From Pseudomonadota bacterium (GTDB taxonomy: Bacteria; Pseudomonadota; Gammaproteobacteria; Burkholderiales; Burkholderiaceae_C), in the NCBI GenBank assembly GCA_041180165.1, contig JBEGSC010000003.1:92902-156901 (forward strand): a DNA stretch of 64,000 bases. The letters are read 5' to 3'. Both the position numbers and the translations under genes were made by a program. The notes beneath the pieces were generated by a model. The model made no database searches. It saw only the letters and a list, made by a program, of their open reading frames with translations, and had not been told where the DNA came from. Shown here one piece after another: positions 33,155 through 42,028 of the stretch (the stretch's first letter is position 1; each line of letters opens with the position of its first letter).

Positions 33155-34972
33155 ATGGCAATGATTGATATCAAAGTTCCAGACATCGGCGACTTCGACG
33201 AAGTGGCCGTGATTGAGTTGCTGGTCAAACCCGGCGACACCGTCAAAGCAGAACAATCGCTCATCACCGTCGAGTCCGACAAAGCGTCGATGGAAATTCC
33301 ATCCTCACACGCGGGCGTGGTGAAAGAGCTCAAGGTCAAGCTCGGCGACAAAGTGAGCGAAGGCTCGGTGGTGTTGGTGTTGGACGGTGAGGGCGCATCT
33401 TCGGCTCCTGCACCTGCTGCAGCACCCGCCCCCGCTGCTTCGCCTGCGGCTCCCGTGGCGGCTGCACCTGCACCCACTGCTTCATCGTTTGGTGGCAGCG
33501 CTGACATCGAATGCGATGTGATGGTGTTGGGCGGTGGCCCTGGCGGTTACTCCGCTGCCTTCCGCGCTGCCGACCTCGGCTTGAGCGTGGTGGTGGTCGA
33601 GCGTTACCCCACCTTGGGCGGTGTGTGTTTGAACGTGGGTTGCATCCCATCCAAAGCTTTGCTGCACGTCGCAGCGGTGATGGACGAAGTGGCTCACATG
33701 GCAGACCTCGGTGTGGACTTCGGCAAGCCTGCGGTCAACATCGACAAGCTGCGCGGCCACAAAGAAAAGGTGATTGGCAAACTCACCGGCGGCTTGGGCG
33801 CGATGGCCAAGATGCGTAAGGTAACCATCGTGCGTGGCTACGGCAACTTTGTGGGCGCGAACCACATTGAAGTGCAAGAAACCACAGGCACAGGCCAAGA
33901 GAAAACGGCCAGCAAAAAAGTGGTGGCGTTCAAACGCGCCATCATCGCCGCCGGTTCGCAAGCCGTGCATTTGCCTTTCATGCCCAAAGACCCACGCGTG
34001 GTGGACAGCACCGGTGCATTGGCCCTCAAAGAAGTGCCTAAGAAAATGCTCATCGTCGGTGGCGGCATCATCGGCCTAGAAATGGGCACCGTGTACAGCA
34101 CACTGGGCGCACGCTTAGATGTGGTGGAAATGATGGACGGCCTCATGCAAGGCGCGGACCGTGACTTGGTGAAGATTTGGCAAAAGATGAACCAAGGCCG
34201 TTTTGACAACATCATGTTGAAAACCAAAACGGTGGGCGCACAAGCCACACCCGAAGGCATCAAGGTGCAGTTTGAAGGTTTGGACGGCACCAAGAGCGAA
34301 GGCACTTACGACCTCGTGTTGCAAGCCGTGGGCCGCACGCCCAATGGCAACAAAATTGCTGCCGACAAAGCGGGCGTGGCCGTGACCGACCGAGGCTTCA
34401 TCAACGTCGACATTCAAATGCGCACCAATGTGCCGCACATCTTCGCCATTGGCGACATCGTGGGTCAGCCCATGTTGGCGCACAAGGCGGTGCACGAAGC
34501 ACACGTGGCGGCTGGGGTGATTGCAGGCGAGTTGAAAGGCGACAAAGACTTGGCCGCTGCGGCGTTCAACGCACGCGTCATCCCAAGCGTGGCCTACACC
34601 GACCCCGAAGTAGCATGGGTCGGTTTGACCGAAGACCAAGCCAAAGCGCAAGGCATCAAGGTGAAAAAGGGCTTGTTCCCTTGGAGCGCCTCGGGCCGAG
34701 CCATTGCCAACGGACGCGACGAAGGCGTGACCAAACTGCTGTTTGACGATTCACCCGAGGCTCACGGCCACGGCAAGATCTTGGGCGGCGGCATGGTGGG
34801 CACACATGCGGGCGACATGATTGGCGAAGTGGCTTTGGCCATCGAGATGGGCGCAGACGCTGTGGACATCGGCAAAACCATCCACCCACACCCCACGTTG
34901 GGCGAAAGCATCGGCATGGCGGCAGAAGTGGCGCACGGCAGCTGCACGGACTTGCCGCCTAGCAAGAAGTAA
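33155..34972 (+). CDS. lpdA: Dihydrolipoamide dehydrogenase E3 with N-terminal lipoyl domain
   Basis: [36 protein letters not shown]. Confidence 0.96.
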   Translation: MAMIDIKVPDIGDFDEVAVIELLVKPGDTVKAEQSLITVESDKASMEIPSSHAGVVKELKVKLGDKVSEGSVVLVLDGEGASSAPAPAAAPAPAASPAAPVAAAPAPTASSFGGSADIECDVMVLGGGPGGYSAAFRAADLGLSVVVVERYPTLGGVCLNVGCIPSKALLHVAAVMDEVAHMADLGVDFGKPAVNIDKLRGHKEKVIGKLTGGLGAMAKMRKVTIVRGYGNFVGANHIEVQETTGTGQEKTASKKVVAFKRAIIAAGSQAVHLPFMPKDPRVVDSTGALALKEVPKKMLIVGGGIIGLEMGTVYSTLGARLDVVEMMDGLMQGADRDLVKIWQKMNQGRFDNIMLKTKTVGAQATPEGIKVQFEGLDGTKSEGTYDLVLQAVGRTPNGNKIAADKAGVAVTDRGFINVDIQMRTNVPHIFAIGDIVGQPMLAHKAVHEAHVAAGVIAGELKGDKDLAAAAFNARVIPSVAYTDPEVAWVGLTEDQAKAQGIKVKKGLFPWSASGRAIANGRDEGVTKLLFDDSPEAHGHGKILGGGMVGTHAGDMIGEVALAIEMGADAVDIGKTIHPHPTLGESIGMAAEVAHGSCTDLPPSKK

Positions 34973-34986
34973 ACGCTTCGCGCTGC

Positions 34987-35032
34987 AAACAAAGAAGCCG
35001 CCAACCTGAAAGGGTTGGCGGCTTCTTTGTTT
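34987..35032. terminator. Long intrinsic terminator closing the PDH operon
   Basis: AAACAAAGAAGCCGCCAACC-TGAAAG-GGTTGGCGGCTTCTTTGTTT. Confidence 0.9.
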
Positions 35033-35079
35033 AGAATGCTAAAACGTATACTTAGTAGCTAATTAAGGTTCAAAAAAAT

Positions 35080-35604
35080 ATGTTCAAACATCTTCTAACT
35101 CTTGCCGTTATTTCAACCACGTTTCTTGTTGGATGTGCAGGCACAAGCAGTCCCAATGGCCACGCCTATGAAGACACTGTGGCTCCAGGTAAAGTTAAAT
35201 TATTGAACTTGACGGGAGCATCTACTACTGACGGCGCTGCAGAAGTCTATTTCAGCTCCAGTCAACGCACCGAGGCTGCGGTTGTATTTCGTGACAGATT
35301 GGTTGCAATTCAAGTAGATGGGAAGGATTTGCCTGGGGCAGACAGAGGAAATAAACTCACTTACCCAACGGGCTATCAAGCCATTGCATTAACTCCTGGT
35401 GTTCATTCCATTTCGTATTGCCATATGACCAGATCTGCATTAGCGACAGGTGTCTGGAGCTGTAACTTTAAAATTAATGACTTCAATTTTGAGCCCAACG
35501 CTCGCTATATGGTTCAAGGCAACGTGAAAGTAAGCACTGGAACGATCGGGAATAACATGACACAAACTGCAAACGTAAAGACTGGAATTTATAAACTAGA
35601 TTGA
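35080..35604 (+). CDS. Hypothetical lipoprotein, AT-rich
   Basis: Lipobox LVGC; beta-rich mature part; visibly more AT-rich than core genes. Confidence 0.78.
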   Translation: MFKHLLTLAVISTTFLVGCAGTSSPNGHAYEDTVAPGKVKLLNLTGASTTDGAAEVYFSSSQRTEAAVVFRDRLVAIQVDGKDLPGADRGNKLTYPTGYQAIALTPGVHSISYCHMTRSALATGVWSCNFKINDFNFEPNARYMVQGNVKVSTGTIGNNMTQTANVKTGIYKLD

Positions 35605-35621
35605 GTTTTTGCTTCAGCAAT

Positions 35622-36752
35622 TCAATAGCAGTTTTCATTTGGCCTGACTTCATAACTCGTACTCCGCCCACTCGCCTCAGACCGCATCAACACACCGCGC
35701 TCTAGCAGCTCGTTGATATCGCGCAGCGCGGTGTCTTGCGAGCATTTGGCAATCGCTGCCCACTTGCTGGTGGTGAGCTTGCCGTCAAAGCCATCTAGCA
35801 GTTTGTTGAGCAGTTTGATTTGTCGCTCGTTCATGGGTGTGTCGGCCCATTGCCGCCAGAAGTTGGCTTTGCTCAGCACGGCAGACAGCGTGCCTTGTGC
35901 GCCTTGCACGGCGCGTAGCAGGCAGCCCAAAAACCACTCTAGCCAATCGGTCACGTCCAGCGTGCCTTTTTGCGTGCGTTCGAGTTGGTTGTAATAGTCT
36001 TTGCGCTCGCGCTGGATTTGCGCCGACAGGCTGTAGTAGCGCTGCGCAGTGCCTTCGGCGCGGGCCAGTGCCAAGTCGCCCACGGCGCGGCCCATGCGTC
36101 CATTGCCATCATCCATCGGGTGCACCGTCACAAACCACAAGTGGGCCAGCCCGGCTTTGATCAGCGGGTCGTCTTGGCTGGCGGTGTTGAACCAATCTAG
36201 AAACAGCGCCATTTCAGCGTCTAGAGTATTCGCAGGCGGGGCTTGGTAGTGCACGCGTGGGCGGTACGACGGGCCAGACACCACTTGCATGGGGCCTTGT
36301 GCGTCGTTGCGCCACGCGCCCACGCGGATGGGCGTCATGCCGCTGTAACCGGTGGGGAAGAGGGCGGCGTGCCAGCCGCACAGGCGCTGCACCGTTAGTG
36401 CTTGGTCGTGCTGTTGGGTGGCGTCTAGCACCATGTCCACCACGCCGTCCACATGGCGGTCGGTGGGTGCCAGTGCGCCAATGTCCACGCCTAAGCGGCG
36501 GGCGATGGACGAGCGCACGGACTCGGGGTTGAGCATTTCCCCCTCGATCTCGCTGGTTTTGATCACGTCTTCGGTCAGCACGCGCAGGGTGGCTTGGTCG
36601 CGTTGCTGTAGGCCAATGTCGTGCATGCGGCCCAGCAGCAGCCCTTGTGCGTGGTGCACTTGCGCCAGTAGTGGGGCCAAGCGCGTGTGCGCGTAGGTCC
36701 ACTTGGGCCAAGTGTCTTGCTGCCAGATATAAAGTTTATCGCCGCTATTCAT
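35622..36752 (-). CDS. Fic family protein (DUF4172 N-terminus, C-terminal HTH)
   Basis: YIWQQDTWP N-terminus, Fic motif HPMDDGNGRMGR, C-terminal KCSQDTALRDINEL; start MNSGDK. Confidence 0.92.
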   Translation of the reverse strand: MNSGDKLYIWQQDTWPKWTYAHTRLAPLLAQVHHAQGLLLGRMHDIGLQQRDQATLRVLTEDVIKTSEIEGEMLNPESVRSSIARRLGVDIGALAPTDRHVDGVVDMVLDATQQHDQALTVQRLCGWHAALFPTGYSGMTPIRVGAWRNDAQGPMQVVSGPSYRPRVHYQAPPANTLDAEMALFLDWFNTASQDDPLIKAGLAHLWFVTVHPMDDGNGRMGRAVGDLALARAEGTAQRYYSLSAQIQRERKDYYNQLERTQKGTLDVTDWLEWFLGCLLRAVQGAQGTLSAVLSKANFWRQWADTPMNERQIKLLNKLLDGFDGKLTTSKWAAIAKCSQDTALRDINELLERGVLMRSEASGRSTSYEVRPNENCY

Positions 36753-36833
36753 GCGGTGATTATGCGGTGAATACGTCTCATGTGCAAGATATTCAATGCA
36801 TATTGTGCGGTGATTGTGTGGTTTTATCGCCGC
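36737..36833. promoter_or_regulatory. Repeated TGCGGTGA / TTATCGCCGC boxes over the Fic start and promoter
   Basis: ATGCGGTGATT-ATGCGGTGAAT at 36751, GTGCGGTGATT near 36805, TTATCGCCGC near 36737 and 36824. Confidence 0.55.
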
Positions 36834-36956
36834 AGGCTTGCTTTTTAGCTGGTCTTTTCTAGGCCGAAGCTTGCTCCGTGCAACTGGAGGCGCTGTTAAG
36901 GAAATGGGTAGTTTGGATATTCGCCTCAGGTAAACTGATGTCAATCAAAAGATAAC

Positions 36957-37118
36957 ATGAGCAAAACCGAAGCACAAACCAGATCGGACCTGATTGACCA
37001 GCATCTTGCGCAAGCAGGCTGGAACGTCAAAGACCCAACGCAGGTCGTTGAAGAGTTCGACATCTTGACCGCTTTGCCCGAAGGTGTGGCAGAAGCCCGC
37101 ACTCCGTATGAAGGGCAT
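36957..37118 (+). pseudogene. hsdR: Type I restriction subunit HsdR (EcoAI-like), N-terminal fragment
   Basis: MSKTEAQTRSDLIDQHLAQAGWNV...VVEEF...YEGH is a typical HsdR N-terminus; the frame stops at 37145 without the D..L...VEAKK nuclease motif. Confidence 0.75.
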
Positions 37119-38865
37119 TGCCTTAATTACTGGGCCACTAACTAAAGTAGATTCCGAAGTCGGCTGGTTGTTCAACCACGCAAGGGCTAATAAAAATGAT
37201 CCTGAGAGATTTTTTAGAAACGTTGGCACAGCTAACTTTAGCTCGGATACAAAACGTAATAAATTAAGAGTTGTTTGCGATCACTTGAAGACAGCAAATG
37301 GAAATGTCGCTCTTACTGATGATGTGCTTCATGAGTTTTTTACACATTTTTATTTGTTGGGGTATGACCTTGGTGAAGAGGAAGGGGTTGTTCTCTCTCT
37401 AATAAATTCTCACATTTCACAATTCAAAATTGAGTCTTCTCTGTATGTGTGGGACCGTATTCTGTCATTTACTATGACTCGTAATCACCACGCAGGCTGT
37501 ATCAAACGGGAAAGTCTGCCAAATGATTTGACGGATATTTTTATTACTAAGCCTGCTGTTGAATTTCCAATCGAATTGTCATTGCCTGACCATCAAACTG
37601 GCAAAACGGATTGGACTCAACATACAGATGCAACCTATCTTGCCTTGGCTGTTCTGATTGGATCATGGCAAGATAAAAGCCAAAGTGATCTTGATGCAGT
37701 AACCCAAATTCTCGGCATTAGTTACGACGATTGGCTAAGGAAGGCCAGGGAACTATTGCACGCGCCTGACAGTCCGTTGTCTTTTAAAAATGGCGTCTGG
37801 AAAGTTGTAAATCGATCAGAGCTTTTGACTTTGTTGGGCTCTCGAATTCTTGATCAAAATCTCGATGCGTTAAGGTCTTTGGCTATTGATGTGTTGCAAG
37901 AGTCAGACCCCGCATTTGATCTTCCTTCTGAAGAACGATATGCAGCAAGCATTCATGGGAAGGTGTTGAGTTATTCCAATGCTCTGCGAAGCGGTATTGC
38001 TGAAGGCCTAGCTATTCTGGGTAACCAGCCGCAAGCATGCACAAATTGCTCACAAGGCAAGGCAGATACAACCACTCTCTTGGTAGTTCGTAAAGTCCTC
38101 TCCGACGCTGATTGGAAGCTGTGGGGTAGCTTGAATAGTTTGTTGCCTACGTTAGCCGAGGCTGCTCCTGATGAATTTCTTGAATTAGTGGGGCGTGCGT
38201 TTCGTTTGAACCACTGTCCATTTGATCAGCTCTTTTCTCAAGAAGGAGACGGCATTACAGGTGGCAATTATTTAACCGGGTTACTTTGGGCTCTCGAGTG
38301 CCTCGCTTGGGATGAGCAGTATCTTGTTCGTGCTTGTGATGCTCTTGCCGAACTCGCCAGTCATGACCCAGGTGGCAAATGGGCTAATCGACCATCCAAT
38401 TCACTTGCGACCATTTTGTTACCTTGGCTACCTCAGACGCTCGCACCATTTGAAAAACGTAAAGTGGCAGCGCGGGCGATTGTTAATGATTGGCCTGAGA
38501 TTGCATGGAGCCTTGTCATTCAACTTTTGCCTGGTCGACACCAGACTTCATCTGGATCGTACAAACCACGATGGCGCAAGACAATTCCTGATAATTGGGA
38601 AAAGGGCGTTACTCAGAATGAGTATTGGCAGGAGGCATCTTATTACGCGGAACTTGCGGTGGGGCTAGCAGGCTACGATATTGTTCGGCTTGATCCAACC
38701 GGCAAGCCAGAGAAAGAGCTTGCTCAGAAATTTCGCAGTAAGGCTGAAAAAATTGAGAATGCGGGGTTTTCGCGATTTGCAGTCACGTTGAGAAATTTGG
38801 CGGAGGGCTACGAACGCGACGCTGCGCGAGTTATTTCAGAACACAAAGATTCGAATGACGATTGA
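37108..38865 (+). pseudogene. Remnant of a large AT-rich defence-island-type protein, N-truncated and probably internally deleted
   Basis: Open frame IALITGPL...LAEAAPDEFL...YLTGLLWALE.LAW...WANRP.NSL..ILLPWLPQT...DPTGKPEKELA; composition shifts abruptly at about 37117. Confidence 0.55.
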
Positions 38866-38873
38866 TCTTCAGT

Positions 38874-38974
38874 TCAATGCGCCCAAGATAACACCCCTCA
38901 GCCCGCTCCCCATTCACTTCATCACCATCCTCGTTGCACAGCGCGGCAATCAAGGCAAGGTCTGCCACTTGGCC
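38874..38974 (-). repeat. Diverged direct-repeat copy of the 3' end (40286-40387) of the TauD-like gene
   Basis: Encodes GQVADLALIAALCNEDGDEVNGERAEGCYLG versus GQVADQALIAALCSEEGDEADGERAEGCYLG. Confidence 0.9.
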
Positions 38975-38988
38975 CCAAGGCAATGCGC

Positions 38989-40203
38989 TCAGCTTTGCAG
39001 CCACAAATCCAATGGCATGCCCCCCGTGCCAATGATCAGCGGCTGTGCCTGTGGAAACTGCTGCACAAACGCGGTTAGGCCTGACACATTGCCTATGTTG
39101 TGGCCGCTTTTTACCTCCAGTGCTTGTAGCGTGGGGCCATCGCGCAGTACGTAGTCCACTTCTTTTTGGCCATTGTTCCAGTAGTGAATGACGGGGTGCC
39201 TGCTGCTGTGGGTCAGGTGCCGGGCCAACAACTCAGTGCCCACGGCGCTTTCTGCTAGCCGGCCCCACACGTCGGGGCGCGCTTGCGCCGCTTGCAGTCC
39301 CACGCCTTGTGCTACCCAGTGGCAGCCCATCAGGGCGTTGTTGAATACTTGCAGCTTGGGGCTTGATGCGCGTTGACGCACCACTTGGCCCATGTATTTG
39401 GGCAGGCCGCAGGCCATGCCCGCGCCTTCTAGCAGGTCGAGGTAGTGGGCGAGGGTAGTGGTGTTGCCCGCATCATCGAGCTGGCCCAGCATTTTTTGGT
39501 AGCTCAGAATTTGGCCGCTGTATACGCAGGCCAGGTCAAACACGCGGCGCAGCAGGGCGGGCTTTTGCACGGGGGCCATCAACAGCACATCTTTGCTGAT
39601 GGTGGTTTCAATCAGCGCGTCGCTCACATAGGCGGCCCATCGGGTTTCATCGTGCACCAAGGGGGCTGCGCCGGGGTAGCCACCATAAAAGATGAACTGC
39701 TCCAAGGTAAAGCCAAAGGCGTCGCGCATTTCGGCGTAGCGCCAGTGGCCCAAGCGGCTGATCTCAAACCGCCCGGCCATGCTTTCGCTCAAGCCCCGAG
39801 CGATCAACAGCGGGGCCGAGCCGAGGATGACCACGCGCACATCTCGGGCAGCGGCGGTGTCTTCGTCCCACAGGCGTTTGACTTCTTCGGTCCAGTTGGA
39901 CACTTTTTGGATCTCGTCCAGCACCAGCACACAGCTGCCCGCTTGGGCCGCGAGTGCACGGGCCACTTGCCATTGGGTGCTCAGCCACACTTGGCCTTGC
40001 AAGCCGGGGCCATCGGCACTGGCGCTGTGTTGCGCCAATGGTGTGTTGGGTTCGGTTTTGGCATCCAGCTGCAAGCGCTCCAGCGCCTGGCGTACCAGTG
40101 TGGTTTTGCCCACTTGGCGTGGGCCAGCCACCACTTGCAGAAATCGGCGGGGTTCTTTGAGCCTTGCCACCAAGGGGGCCAGTGCTTCGCGTTCGATGGT
40201 CAT
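38989..40203 (-). CDS. AAA+ ATPase (AAA_14 + DUF4143) with C-terminal PD-(D/E)XK-like motif
   Basis: GPRQVGKT, VLDEIQ, ESMAGR, GGYP, EVDY...LEVKSG. Confidence 0.92.
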   Translation of the reverse strand: MTIEREALAPLVARLKEPRRFLQVVAGPRQVGKTTLVRQALERLQLDAKTEPNTPLAQHSASADGPGLQGQVWLSTQWQVARALAAQAGSCVLVLDEIQKVSNWTEEVKRLWDEDTAAARDVRVVILGSAPLLIARGLSESMAGRFEISRLGHWRYAEMRDAFGFTLEQFIFYGGYPGAAPLVHDETRWAAYVSDALIETTISKDVLLMAPVQKPALLRRVFDLACVYSGQILSYQKMLGQLDDAGNTTTLAHYLDLLEGAGMACGLPKYMGQVVRQRASSPKLQVFNNALMGCHWVAQGVGLQAAQARPDVWGRLAESAVGTELLARHLTHSSRHPVIHYWNNGQKEVDYVLRDGPTLQALEVKSGHNIGNVSGLTAFVQQFPQAQPLIIGTGGMPLDLWLQS

Positions 40204-40212
40204 TTTGGTTTG

Positions 40213-40255
40213 CTCATTGCATTGAGTAATTTATCTCATTGTATTGAGTAATTTA
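40213..40255. promoter_or_regulatory. Tandem 21-bp operator-like repeat upstream of the AAA+ gene
   Basis: CTCATTGCATTGAGTAATTTA (40213-40233) and CTCATTGTATTGAGTAATTTA (40235-40255); each contains a CTCA...TGAG dyad. Confidence 0.7.
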
Positions 40256-40285
40256 AAAATGAACAATCCAAGGAACGATTTATGC

Positions 40286-41197
40286 TCAATGCGCCCCAAG
40301 GTAACACCCCTCAGCCCGCTCCCCATCCGCCTCATCACCTTCTTCGCTGCACAGCGCAGCAATCAAGGCTTGGTCGGCCACCTGGCCGGGTAGCAGCAGC
40401 TCTTCATTGGTCCAGCGCTTGACCAAGTGGCCATTGGCCACGCCGCCTGTGTGTGGGGCTTGGTAGGCGCGGCGGTGTTGCATGGTGATGCCACTGTTGG
40501 CGTTGGCAATGAAGCGGCTTTCGCCCAAGGCCCAAGGTTCAAAGTAGGCGTTGGCGGCGGCATCGACTTGGCGGAAGTAGCTGCGTGCGCCTTCGGCGTC
40601 GAGCTTTTTGCGCACGGTTCGGGTGATGAGACCTTGCAAGTGGTCTAGCGCGGCGTAGTCCATCTGTTCCAAGGCTTCGGGGCTCATGTCTTGCGTGGCC
40701 AGCGCGGCTGTGGCGGCCAGCTCGGCGGGCAGCACTTGCACCATGGCTTTGACCACATCGTGATGGGGCGCTACAGCGGTGGCCACGCCGCGTGTTTGCG
40801 GTTGGATGGGGCAGCGAATTTCCACAAAGCGCGGCTTGACAGGGCCAGTGCAGCCATCGTGATGGTAGTACTCGCCTTGGCTCAGCCGCCCTTTGCTAGA
40901 GCGCCCGCGCACATCGCGGTAGGTGGGGTGTTGGGTGTGCACGTTCAGGCACACCACCAAGCCCGTGGCATCGACCAGCTTGTAAAAAGCTTCACGCCAT
41001 TCGGGCAACAGCAGTTTGTCGTGCAGGTAGTCGGTGGGGGCTTGTGCCTCATGGCCCTTAAAGTCTTTTTCTTCGCCTTCAATCACCAACACAAAGGGTT
41101 TGGGCCTGCGAACGCGCCACTGGCAGTTGGCAAATTCCAGCACCGAGCTGGTTTGTTCAGATGGAGTGGCGGCGCTGTGGCCCGAAGGGGTGGACAT
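40286..41197 (-). CDS. Hypothetical protein, possible divergent TauD/TfdA-like Fe(II)/2OG dioxygenase
   Basis: YHHDG (HxD) and W.LGES.FIAN....TMQHRR resembling the TauD C-terminal W..GD....DN....H.R. Confidence 0.6.
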   Translation of the reverse strand: MSTPSGHSAATPSEQTSSVLEFANCQWRVRRPKPFVLVIEGEEKDFKGHEAQAPTDYLHDKLLLPEWREAFYKLVDATGLVVCLNVHTQHPTYRDVRGRSSKGRLSQGEYYHHDGCTGPVKPRFVEIRCPIQPQTRGVATAVAPHHDVVKAMVQVLPAELAATAALATQDMSPEALEQMDYAALDHLQGLITRTVRKKLDAEGARSYFRQVDAAANAYFEPWALGESRFIANANSGITMQHRRAYQAPHTGGVANGHLVKRWTNEELLLPGQVADQALIAALCSEEGDEADGERAEGCYLGAH

Positions 41198-41319
41198 GGT
41201 GAAGTGGGGTAGAGGCTAGGCCCGAACAACGAGCGAGTGATGTGCCAATTTTAGGGCTTCGCCTCAGGGCATCTTCACCACGTGCTGCGCAACAAGGGCA
41301 GCTTGTTTAGACTCGATGC

Positions 41320-42021
41320 ATGTCTATCAAACATGCTTTATCAGCCTTGTTGTTCGTCACATCTTCCGCGAATGCGCAAGTAGGTGAGCGCGTGGTGTTG
41401 CCAAGCTTTGCGATAGACCGAACCGAGGTGACCATCGCGCAGTTTGAGCGCTATGTGCAAGCCACGGGCACGGTGACGCGGGCCGAGAAAGAGGGTGGTG
41501 GTTTTGAGTACGGGGCAGGGTGGGAGCGCCGCCCCGGCTGGAGCTGGCGAAAGCCCGATGGGCAGACGACCCGAGCCGACATGCCTGCGGTGCATTTAGA
41601 TTTTGCTGAGGCACAGGCTTATTGCCGCTGGGCGGGTGGCCGTTTGCCCACGGGGGACGAGTGGCAAAAAGCAGGCTTTACCGAGCTGCGCGATGCACCG
41701 CCTGTACCGTGGGTGAAGGGCCGTACTTACCCATGGAGCACAGGCGAAAGTCCGCAAGGTGCTAACACCAGCGACCCCGACCCATGGCCACGTGCCGCCC
41801 CTGCAGGCGCGACGCGCCAAGGCGTGAATGGCTTGTATGACATGGGCGCGAATGTGTGGGAATGGACCACCGACAGCACAGACGCCACAGGCCGCGAACG
41901 CAGAACAGTGGGTGGCTCGTGGTGGTACGGCGCGTTCAACATGAAGGCGGATGTGAAGGCGTTTAAGCCTGCAGATTTTTATGCGGTCTACATCGGGTTT
42001 CGATGTGTGTATGACCGCTGA
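41320..42021 (+). CDS. FGE-sulfatase (SUMF1/EgtB/PvdO) domain protein, exported
   Basis: IDRTEVT, AQAYCRWAGGRLPT..EW, NGLYDMGANVWEW, GGSW, IGFRC. Confidence 0.9.
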   Translation: MSIKHALSALLFVTSSANAQVGERVVLPSFAIDRTEVTIAQFERYVQATGTVTRAEKEGGGFEYGAGWERRPGWSWRKPDGQTTRADMPAVHLDFAEAQAYCRWAGGRLPTGDEWQKAGFTELRDAPPVPWVKGRTYPWSTGESPQGANTSDPDPWPRAAPAGATRQGVNGLYDMGANVWEWTTDSTDATGRERRTVGGSWWYGAFNMKADVKAFKPADFYAVYIGFRCVYDR

Positions 42022-42028
42022 GTTTGCT

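Noticed and set aside
36753-36944. 64-aa N-terminal extension of Fic with a repeated PHNHR
   Set aside because: The peptide repeat merely reflects the DNA boxes in the promoter; the family-typical start is MNSG..YIWQ
38855-39154. 99-aa plus-strand ORF after the remnant gene
   Set aside because: It runs antisense across the duplicated gene tail and the AAA+ gene end; no coding features
35033-41250. Prophage, ICE or integron interpretation of the accessory region
   Set aside because: No integrase, phage, conjugation or transposase genes, and no attC-like repeated sites recognised
41320-42021. FGE/C-type-lectin-fold gene as a possible diversity-generating retroelement target
   Set aside because: No reverse transcriptase and no template repeat of its 3' end in the window; the nearby repeat belongs to another gene and its mismatches are not adenine-specific
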